13,461 nt of DNA. It comes from Candidatus Diapherotrites archaeon CG08_land_8_20_14_0_20_30_16. GTDB taxonomy: Archaea > Iainarchaeota > Iainarchaeia > Iainarchaeales > 0-14-0-20-30-16. Positions 6,488 through 13,161 of the stretch are shown here, one piece after another (position 1 is the stretch's first letter; every line of letters begins with the position of its first letter). The notes under the pieces are model-generated. The model was not told the origin of the DNA. It did no database searches and saw nothing but the letters and a program-made list of their open reading frames with translations. The DNA lies in contig PEXK01000005.1 of NCBI GenBank assembly GCA_002779075.1, positions 1 through 13,461 on the forward strand, given 5' to 3'. Position numbers and translations under genes: made by a program.

Positions 6488-7435
6488 ATGCAATATGGAA
6501 AAGTATTATTTCTTGCTCTTGGAGTATTTGTACTTTTAGGAGCAGTATTTGCTGCAAGCAATGATTCATTAAAAGATGATTTTGGAGCAAATAAAGAAAA
6601 AGCAAAACTAGAACTGGAAAAAGGGAAAAAGAATCTCACAGAAAAAATTGATGCTCTGAAATTTAAATACAAAGAAAAAATAGAAAAATACAAAGAATTC
6701 AAAGATAAATGGTCAAAAAATAAAAAGAAATGGCTAGGCTTGGGACTAATGTTGGAAAGTCAAGAAGGCAGAGCTGCAACAATAGAATATTTGCAGGTTC
6801 TTGGTGCAAAAGTTCAAGATCATTTCGAAAAATTGCAGGACAAAAATGGACCTTTTGTTGAATACCTAAAAACAAAAACAGATGAAGTAAATGAAGTCTT
6901 GGCAAATTTGGATATAAATTCAACAAAAGAAGATATTGTAAATGCAATAAAAGATGTTAAAAAGATTTGGTCTGACTCTGAGCATAAAAGAAGATTGGCA
7001 ATTGCTGAAAAATATGTTTTAGGAACAAAGAAAGTAATAACAAAAATGGAATCTGCTTTAAATAAATTGGGTTCTAAAATAACAAGTGTTGAAAAAGCGG
7101 GCATAGATGCAAACGATGTTAGAGTACAATACTACAAAGCACAAGAAAATGTAGCAAATCTAAAATTAGAAATTAACCTTACACAAGAAAAACTAAAAAC
7201 TATGTTAAATGATGAGAAGGTAGTAGTGAAAGAAGTTAATGACATAATTCATAACTTGAACAAAAGTATTCAAGAAACAAGACAGAGCATTGTAAAGACA
7301 ATGGTAGAATTCAACAAACTAAAGAATCAATTTATGAAAGAAATCAAAGAGGATAAAAAAGAGATAGATCAAAATAATGATGTAAATGAAGATGCTGACA
7401 ATGAGGGTTCTGAAGATGCAAATGAGGGTGATTAA
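6488..7435 (+). CDS. Secreted, lysine-rich, all-helical coiled-coil protein with an acidic C-terminal tail; function unknown
   Basis: Start moved to the ATG at 6488 (315 aa), which is preceded by GGGGGG 8 nt upstream. Signal peptide: MQYGKVLFLALGVFVLLGAVFAASND. The remainder has heptad-like K/E-rich sequence, and the tail is NNDVNEDADNEGSEDANEGD. Confidence 0.8.
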   Translation: MQYGKVLFLALGVFVLLGAVFAASNDSLKDDFGANKEKAKLELEKGKKNLTEKIDALKFKYKEKIEKYKEFKDKWSKNKKKWLGLGLMLESQEGRAATIEYLQVLGAKVQDHFEKLQDKNGPFVEYLKTKTDEVNEVLANLDINSTKEDIVNAIKDVKKIWSDSEHKRRLAIAEKYVLGTKKVITKMESALNKLGSKITSVEKAGIDANDVRVQYYKAQENVANLKLEINLTQEKLKTMLNDEKVVVKEVNDIIHNLNKSIQETRQSIVKTMVEFNKLKNQFMKEIKEDKKEIDQNNDVNEDADNEGSEDANEGD

Positions 7436-7436
7436 A

Positions 7437-7736
7437 ATGAAATATTTAATCCCTCTCGTATTTCTTGCATTAGCATTAGTATTAGTCTTCTCTGGTTGCA
7501 TAAGCAAAGATGAAAACAAAGCAACCAGTGATGATGACCAATTAACAAAAAGTTTAGATGATTTAAATAAAGATTCAACAACTTTACAAAATGATGATAC
7601 AACAATATCAAAAGATTTGGATGAATTAAGCATCGAAGCCGAAGACCCAGACATACAAGAGATTGACAAAGACATAAAAGAAATTGATTCTTTGTTGCAA
7701 GAAGATTACTCAGATCCATTTGCAGATTTAAATTAA
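7437..7736 (+). CDS. Small, highly acidic predicted lipoprotein
   Basis: Start at the ATG at 7437 (M18 of the track ORF), 1 nt after the upstream TAA (7433-7435). GAGGGTG at 7424-7430 serves as the SD. Signal plus lipobox: MKYLIPLVFLALALVLVFSG-C. The mature part of about 78 aa is D/E-rich with repeated LDDL/LDEL and EIDKDIKEID motifs. Confidence 0.7.
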   Translation: MKYLIPLVFLALALVLVFSGCISKDENKATSDDDQLTKSLDDLNKDSTTLQNDDTTISKDLDELSIEAEDPDIQEIDKDIKEIDSLLQEDYSDPFADLN

Positions 7737-7767
7737 ATCTGCAATTTTTTCTTTTTCTATTTTTTAC
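7720..7767 (+). terminator. Intrinsic-terminator-like element: a perfect 25-nt palindrome spanning the stop codon, followed by T-runs
   Basis: 7720-7744, TTGCAGATTTAA-A-TTAAATCTGCAA, has 12-nt arms that are perfectly complementary and includes the TAA at 7734-7736. It is followed directly by TTTTTTCTTTTTCTATTTTTT (7745-7765). Confidence 0.55.
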
Positions 7768-7801
7768 ATAAATTTATATTCTAATCAAAAGTAATAGTAA
7801 T

Positions 7802-8527
7802 ATGTTTATTGTTGCACATCGAGGGTTTCACAAAAATTTTCCCGAAAATACATTAAATGCTTTCAAAGCGGCAATTGGAATAGCAGATTTTGTTGAAATG
7901 GATATCCACAAAACAAAAGACAACAAACTAATTGTTTATCATATTCCTACAATAACTATCGGCAAAAAGAAATTATTTATCGAAGACCTAACATATGCAG
8001 AGATCTTTAACCAAAATAGGACAGGTCCTTTATTTGAAACTGTTTTAAAAGAACTAAAAGGGAAAATAAAACTATTGATAGAAATAAAAAGTAAAAATAT
8101 TGAAACTGAAGTTTTGACATTAATAAAAAAGTATTTAAAATATAATGATTTTGGAATAATTTCTTTTGATTACAAAACCCTGCACAAAATAAAACAATTG
8201 GACCCAAAAGTTCATGTAGGATTGATAATTGGATTATTAGATTTAGAAATTGGTTTGTTCAGATCCTTAGTCAGATTTATTTATGAATATTTATTTACAA
8301 ATAAAATATTGGAGAAATATAATATTGACTTTATTGGTGCTGGAGAACATACTGAATGTTTGTTTTTTCATTGGACAAAAAAGAACAAAAAGATTTTTGT
8401 CTGGACAGTTGATGTAAAAAGAATAAACAAATATCTTTCAAAAAAGTATGAAGATACAATTGAAGGCATAATAACTAATGAACCTGATTTAGCAAAGAAA
8501 TTATTGAAAAATAGACTAATTAATTAA
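7802..8527 (+). CDS. Glycerophosphodiester phosphodiesterase (GDPD/UgpQ family)
   Basis: 241 aa. The N-terminus, FIVAHRGFHKNFPENTLNAFKAAIGIADFVEMDIHKTKDNKLIVYH, matches the GDPD signature HRG...PENT..AF......D.(I/V)E.D...TKD....V.H. The C-terminal IFVWTVD is typical of the family. TTTATATT at 7773-7780 is centred about 25 nt upstream of the ATG (leaderless geometry). Confidence 0.85.
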   Translation: MFIVAHRGFHKNFPENTLNAFKAAIGIADFVEMDIHKTKDNKLIVYHIPTITIGKKKLFIEDLTYAEIFNQNRTGPLFETVLKELKGKIKLLIEIKSKNIETEVLTLIKKYLKYNDFGIISFDYKTLHKIKQLDPKVHVGLIIGLLDLEIGLFRSLVRFIYEYLFTNKILEKYNIDFIGAGEHTECLFFHWTKKNKKIFVWTVDVKRINKYLSKKYEDTIEGIITNEPDLAKKLLKNRLIN

Positions 8528-9650
8528 ATAGATTTCTCATTTTTTTCAAAAAGTCTTTTGGTACATCTTTGTCTTTGCCAAAGATAATTCTTAGTGCTTC
8601 AATTTGATCTTTTGTCAAATTAGTAGGGGTATCAATAATTACTTTTACATATTGATCTCCTCTTTTGCTTGAATTTAATTCAGGCATGCCCATTCCTTTC
8701 ATTCTCAATACAGTATGGCTCTGCGTTCCTTGTGGCACCTTCAAATTTGCTTTTCCTTCTAAAGTATCAACTTTGATTTCCCCACCCAAAATTGCAGTAA
8801 TCAAATCAGTGTGTTCTTTTGAATACAAATCATAATGTTCTAATGAAAATTTAGGATGAGATTCAAAAAGTATTTTCAAATAAAGATCGCCTTTATATTT
8901 TCCGTCCTGAAAACCTTCATTCTGCAATCTTAATATTGTTCCTGGACTTACTCCTCTTGGTATTTTAACATCTAATGTTTTTTTGCCTTTAACAATTCCT
9001 TGACCTCTGCAAACATCGCATTTTTTATCATATGATTTTCCTTTTCCACCGCACTTATCACACACGGTTACTGTAACCATTGAACCAAATGGGCTTCTAA
9101 TAACTCTTTTTACTTGCCCTTGTCCACCACATTGATTACATGTTTTTGTATTACCTAAATATCCTGAACCCTTACATTGCGGGCAGTTTTCTTGTGTTGG
9201 TATTTCTATTTTTTTATTTGTACCATTAAATGCATCTTCCAAACTTATTTGCAAAGTGTATTGTAAATCTGCTGCCCTTGTTCTTCTTTGTTTCTGTGAA
9301 CCAGAATCAAAAAAGTCATCAGAATTAAAACCAAATCCTCCAAAATTTTTAAATATGTCTTCAAAATCAAACTGCCCAGTATTCCTACTGGAATAATAAT
9401 GTTGTTGATTTGCTTGAGAATAATTTCCTTGTGCATATTCTGAACCAAATGATTCATACTGCTTTCTTTTTTGAGGGTCTTTCAATGTTTCGTATGCTTC
9501 ATTAACTTCTTTAAATTTGTCTTCGTGTTCTTTGCTTCCTGGATTTAAATCAGGGTGATACTTCTTAACAGATTTTATATAAGCATCTTTGATTTCTGTT
9601 TCACTTGCGTTTTTATTTAAGCCTAATATTTTATAATAATCTTTACTCAC
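8520..9650 (-). CDS. dnaJ: Chaperone DnaJ (type I Hsp40)
   Basis: 376 aa with a GTG start at 9650. J domain: DYYKILGL...YHPDLNP. G/F-rich linker: FGGFGFNSDDFF. Four CxxCxGxG zinc-finger repeats: CPQCKGSG, CNQCGGQG, CDKCGGKG and CDVCRGQG. A C-terminal substrate-binding domain follows. Confidence 0.95.
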   Translation of the reverse strand: MSKDYYKILGLNKNASETEIKDAYIKSVKKYHPDLNPGSKEHEDKFKEVNEAYETLKDPQKRKQYESFGSEYAQGNYSQANQQHYYSSRNTGQFDFEDIFKNFGGFGFNSDDFFDSGSQKQRRTRAADLQYTLQISLEDAFNGTNKKIEIPTQENCPQCKGSGYLGNTKTCNQCGGQGQVKRVIRSPFGSMVTVTVCDKCGGKGKSYDKKCDVCRGQGIVKGKKTLDVKIPRGVSPGTILRLQNEGFQDGKYKGDLYLKILFESHPKFSLEHYDLYSKEHTDLITAILGGEIKVDTLEGKANLKVPQGTQSHTVLRMKGMGMPELNSSKRGDQYVKVIIDTPTNLTKDQIEALRIIFGKDKDVPKDFLKKMRNLFN

Positions 9651-9670
9651 AATATCCCTTCGAGAATTAG

Positions 9671-9708
9671 TAATAAAATAAAAAATAGGGAGATTATTTA
9701 AAATCTCC
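9671..9708 (-). terminator. Hairpin plus T-run between dnaK and dnaJ (possible attenuator or partial terminator)
   Basis: Minus-strand RNA reads GGAGATT-TTAAAT-AATCTCC (9708-9689), a 7-bp stem starting 2 nt after the dnaK TAA. It is followed by CTATTTTTTATTTTATTA (9688-9671). Confidence 0.4.
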
Positions 9709-9710
9709 TG

Positions 9711-11642
9711 TTACTTTTTAGTTTTCTTTTCTGTTGTATATTCAGCATCTATTGTTTTGCCTTTTCTATGTTTTGACTTAGGTTCACGTATGTCATCTAC
9801 TTCATCATCAACATCTGGTTCTTGTTCTTCAGTTTCTTCTTCAGTATTTTGTTCATTCTGTGTAGATTCAGGGCCTTGTTCTGATTGTACAGAAGCCCTA
9901 GAATAAATTGCAGAACCAATTTCTTGCATTACCTTGGACAAAGTTTCTGTGCTAACTTTTATCTTTATCAAATCATTACTTGCTAACACTTCTTTTGCTT
10001 CTTTTAAAGCGTCTTCAATTTTTTTCTTTTCATCTGCATTCAATTTATCTTGCAATTCAGACAAAGATTTTTCGCTTGTGTAAATCATAGTGTCTAAAGT
10101 ATTCTTTATGTCAATTTCTTCTTTTTTCTTTTTATCTTCTTCTTCGTGTGCTTTTGCTTCATTTACAAATTTATTAATTTCGTCTTCAGACAATTTTGTT
10201 GATGCTGTAATTGTTATTTTCTGTTCTTTATTTGTGCCTAAATCTTTAGCACTTACCGTCAAAATTCCATTTGCATTCAAATCGAATGTAACATCAATTT
10301 GTGGCACCCCTCTTGGTGCAGGAGGTATTCCTGGCAAATTAAACATTCCTAAAGAAACATTGTCTTGAGCCATTGCTCTTTCTCCCTGCAATACATGTAT
10401 AGTAACTGCTGTTTGCATATCTGCTGCTGTTGAAAATATTTTGTGTTTCTTTACAGGAATAGTAGTATTTCTTTCGATCAAAGGTGTTGAAACACTTCCT
10501 AAAGTCTCTATTCCTAAGGTTAAAGGGGTTACATCTAATAAAACAATATCGCTTATTTCTCCTGCTAAAACAGCACCTTGAATACCAGCACCAGTAGCAA
10601 CACATTCCATAGGGTCAACTGTTTTTTCTGGCACTTTGCCCAATTCATTCTCAACCAATCTTTGGACAATAGGCATTCTTGTTGGACCACCAACTAAAAT
10701 AATTTTATCAATGTCGCTTTTTGTTAATTTTGCATCCTTCAAAGCTTGTTGTATTGGCTTTTTACATTTGTCAACAAAAGGCCCTACAATTTTTTCCAAA
10801 TCTACTCTTGTAATTTTCATTAATAAATGCTTTGGACCATTTGAATCTACAGTTACATATGGAAGATTAATTTCTGTTTCTCCTACTTTAGATAATTCGA
10901 TTTTTGCTTTTTCTGCAGCTTCCAATACACGCTGGAATGCCATTTTATCTTTTGATAAATCGACGCCTTCTTGTTGTTTGAATCTGTTTGTAATATATTC
11001 AACAATTGCTTTATCCATATCTGATCCGCCCAATTGTGTATCACCAGATGTAGACAATACATTATACACACCATCGTTCAAATCCATTATTGTTACATCT
11101 AAAGTTCCGCCACCCAAATCAAAAACCAGTATTTTGTGCTTACCGCTTTTACCCAAACCATAAGCCATAGCAGCAGCTGTTGGTTCATTAACTAATCTAA
11201 CAACATCCAAACCCGCAATTTTTCCTGCATCTTTTGTTGCTGTTCTTTGATTATCATTAAAATAAGCAGGAACTGTTACCACTGCTTTAGATATTTTTTC
11301 TCCTAGAAATGCTTCTGCATCAGTTTTTATTTTCTGCAAAATATATGCAGATATCTGTTGAGGGGTATATTCTTTTCCATGTACTTTATATTTAGTATCA
11401 GTACCCATTTTTCTTTTCGCCCACATTATTGTTCCTTCATGATTCGAAACTGCTTGTCTCTTTGCAGGCTCGCCAACTAATAATTCTCCAGATTTTGTAA
11501 ATGCAACAACACTTGGAAATGCCTTGCCATATAAAGTAGAACCTTCTGCTGATGGAATCACTGTTGGTGTACCACCCATCATAATAGATGCTTGAGAGTT
11601 TGATGTGCCTAAATCTATTCCTAAAATCTTTTCTTTTGTCAT
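9711..11642 (-). CDS. dnaK: Chaperone DnaK (Hsp70)
   Basis: Start moved to the ATG at 11642 (643 aa; M9 of the track ORF). It is preceded by GGAGTGA and lies 4 nt after the grpE TGA. Hsp70 signatures are present: [20 protein letters not shown] and [10 protein letters not shown]. The C-terminal lid and acidic tail are also present. Confidence 0.97.
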   Translation of the reverse strand: MTKEKILGIDLGTSNSQASIMMGGTPTVIPSAEGSTLYGKAFPSVVAFTKSGELLVGEPAKRQAVSNHEGTIMWAKRKMGTDTKYKVHGKEYTPQQISAYILQKIKTDAEAFLGEKISKAVVTVPAYFNDNQRTATKDAGKIAGLDVVRLVNEPTAAAMAYGLGKSGKHKILVFDLGGGTLDVTIMDLNDGVYNVLSTSGDTQLGGSDMDKAIVEYITNRFKQQEGVDLSKDKMAFQRVLEAAEKAKIELSKVGETEINLPYVTVDSNGPKHLLMKITRVDLEKIVGPFVDKCKKPIQQALKDAKLTKSDIDKIILVGGPTRMPIVQRLVENELGKVPEKTVDPMECVATGAGIQGAVLAGEISDIVLLDVTPLTLGIETLGSVSTPLIERNTTIPVKKHKIFSTAADMQTAVTIHVLQGERAMAQDNVSLGMFNLPGIPPAPRGVPQIDVTFDLNANGILTVSAKDLGTNKEQKITITASTKLSEDEINKFVNEAKAHEEEDKKKKEEIDIKNTLDTMIYTSEKSLSELQDKLNADEKKKIEDALKEAKEVLASNDLIKIKVSTETLSKVMQEIGSAIYSRASVQSEQGPESTQNEQNTEEETEEQEPDVDDEVDDIREPKSKHRKGKTIDAEYTTEKKTKK

Positions 11643-11646
11643 ATTC

Positions 11647-12219
11647 TCACTCCTTTTTTTCATCAATATCTTTTTTTTTCTGTGCTAATTTAACTTTTGA
11701 ATATCTTAATACTCTATCTTTGTAAGTATAACCTTTTTGTAATTCTTCTAATATTGTTCCCTCTGGTTTTTCACTTTCTTCTTGCATTAATACTTCTTCT
11801 AGATTTGCATCAAATTGTTTTCCCAAACAATCAATTTTCTTTACTTGATATTCTTTTAAAATTTTCATTAAACTATTATAAACTAAACTTACCCCTTTAA
11901 AATTTTCTTCATTTCTTATTGTGGAGACTGCTCTTTCCAAATCATCAACAATATTCAACAAATCTTTCAGTAATTTTTCATTTACATGTTCTCTTTCTAT
12001 TTGCAAACTTTTATCTATCTGTTTTTTGTAATTCTTAAAGTCAGCCATCAAATACAAATTACGCTGCGAAATATCTTGGAGTTGCTGTTCCAATGATTTG
12101 TTCTGTTGTACTAGCGTCGTTAACTTGTTTTCTAATTCTATGCAATTGTTGCACACCTCTTTTTCCTTTTCTTTTACATTCTCTTTCTCTTGTTTCTCTT
12201 TGTGTAAGTCCTGTGTCAA
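11647..12219 (-). CDS. grpE: Nucleotide exchange factor GrpE
   Basis: 190 aa. Its position immediately upstream of dnaK, the long N-terminal coiled coil, the [12 protein letters not shown] motif (the usual R..A(E/D)F.N.RKR region) and [11 protein letters not shown] all fit GrpE. The start is a TTG at 12219, with GGTGG (12230-12226) 6 nt upstream. The first in-frame ATG would delete conserved sequence. Confidence 0.9.
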   Translation of the reverse strand: MTQDLHKEKQEKENVKEKEKEVCNNCIELENKLTTLVQQNKSLEQQLQDISQRNLYLMADFKNYKKQIDKSLQIEREHVNEKLLKDLLNIVDDLERAVSTIRNEENFKGVSLVYNSLMKILKEYQVKKIDCLGKQFDANLEEVLMQEESEKPEGTILEELQKGYTYKDRVLRYSKVKLAQKKKDIDEKKE

Positions 12220-12312
12220 TAATAACCACCTTAAAAAAATAGATAAAAATATTAAGTCATCAAAATGTTTATAAATGTTTGTGATTTGCAGACAAGTTAT
12301 GTTTGTGGGGGG
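12220..12312 (-). promoter_or_regulatory. grpE-dnaK-dnaJ promoter region: a TTTATAAA box flanked by repeated (C)ACAAACAT motifs
   Basis: The palindromic TTTATAAA at 12268-12275 is about 52 nt upstream of the TTG start, implying a leader of about 25 nt that carries the SD. On the + strand, AAATGTTTAT (12263-12272) and AAATGTTTGT (12273-12282) are adjacent 10-mers. ATGTTTGTG occurs exactly twice, at 12275-12283 and 12299-12307. Confidence 0.45.
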
Positions 12313-12735
12313 TTATTTTTTAAGATAGTCTTTTGTATCTTTCAAAAAGGAGTTTGCATCTATGAAAGCAGAGTTACATTCTTTTTCAGAGATATCTTTT
12401 CCGTCATATACTGCTTTTTCTCTATCTTTACGATACATCTCTAATAGATTTATATGCATTAACAATCTTTTCTCATTAGCATATAAATGAATCAAAGCAA
12501 TAACTAAACAAAAATGGCTGTGTTCTTTATATCCTTTTGAATATAATAATGCTTTAGCAGTATGAAACATTGCTTGGTAAATGGATATAAATGCAGACCT
12601 ATATTGTTCTATTTTAATAATACTTTCTGCAGAAGATATAAATTCATCTGCTTGATTTAATTAAAATTCAACTAGGGATTTTACTTTAATATCTTCTTTG
12701 ATAGATCCTGCTTTTAAACACTCTTCAAATTTCAT
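12313..12735 (-). pseudogene. HEPN-domain protein gene (toxin partner of the MNT/HEPN pair) interrupted by an in-frame TAA at codon 25
   Basis: The track lists only 12313..12570 (85 aa). Reading upstream in the same frame gives ATG at 12735, then MKFEECLKAGSIKEDIKVKSLVEF, then TAA (12663-12661), then LNQADEFISSAESIIKIEQYRSAFISIYQA, then MFHTAKALLYSKGYKEHSHFCLVIAL... This is one continuous HEPN-like sequence of about 140 codons, checked codon by codon. The ATG at 12735 lies 7 nt after the MNT stop, the usual operon layout. Confidence 0.75.
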
Positions 12736-12742
12736 AGGATCA

Positions 12743-13039
12743 CTATATTAATAATTTATCACTAATTAACGTATCATATATTTTTATACCTTTCTCAAAG
12801 ACATTATTTGCAAACTTATTTTTTTCTTTTAATAATTTAAAAAAATCTATATCGTTATACCTAATAAAATTTACTTCTTTACCAAAATAATCCTCTAATT
12901 CCTGAATTGCCTTAACATTATATTTTGTATCGCCATTAAAAATTGTCAATAGGTCAACATCACTACTACTATTATATGTTAAATCAGCAAAACTACCATA
13001 TAAATATATTTTTGATATTTTTGATAACTCTAATTTCAC
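12743..13039 (-). CDS. Minimal nucleotidyltransferase (MNT; antitoxin partner of HEPN)
   Basis: 98 aa from the GTG at 13039. The Pol-beta-fold NTase motif is present in IYLYGSFADLTYNSSSDVDLLTIF (G-S-x10-D-x-D). It lies directly upstream of the HEPN gene. The start is uncertain (see findings). Confidence 0.85.
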   Translation of the reverse strand: MKLELSKISKIYLYGSFADLTYNSSSDVDLLTIFNGDTKYNVKAIQELEDYFGKEVNFIRYNDIDFFKLLKEKNKFANNVFEKGIKIYDTLISDKLLI

Positions 13040-13161
13040 AAGAAATTTTCTTAAACCATAAAAAGTCCATATTTTTTGTATTGCTTTAACAAATTCGGAA
13101 TTAATGTTTAATTTATATTTTAAACCAACAAATTTATATAATTGAATACTATACTAATACT

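Noticed and set aside
1094-11900. Short ORFs of 61-175 aa antisense to or nested in the large genes: 1094..1291, 2500..2853, 2562..2768, 3017..3214, 3937..4155, 4305..4523, 4408..4593, 6193..6390, 6457..6702, 6699..6947, 6820..7104, 7319..7675, 7432..7719, 8007..8207, 9245..9457, 10090..10368, 10339..10605, 10636..11163, 10883..11074, 11697..11900
   Set aside because: Each lies entirely within, or almost entirely opposite, a longer ORF with clear family motifs or membrane/secretion logic. Their translations are low-complexity (runs of F/L/S/I/K), typical of antisense frames of K/E-rich AT-rich genes. Even the 175-aa one (10636..11163) is opposite the most conserved part of dnaK.
12220-12312. 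CIRCE/HrcA operator upstream of grpE
   Set aside because: No TTAGCACTC-N9-GAGTGCTAA-like inverted repeat is present in the promoter. The only TTAGCAC-like strings I noticed (near 10245 and 8592) are isolated half-sites inside coding sequence.
12661-12663. TAA in the HEPN gene as evidence of stop-codon reassignment or an alternative genetic code
   Set aside because: TAA terminates many well-supported genes in this window at their expected ends, including dnaJ, dnaK, GDPD, the ATPase and the pilin-like genes. TGA ends grpE and TAG ends MNT. The standard code fits, so a nonsense mutation or an error is more parsimonious.
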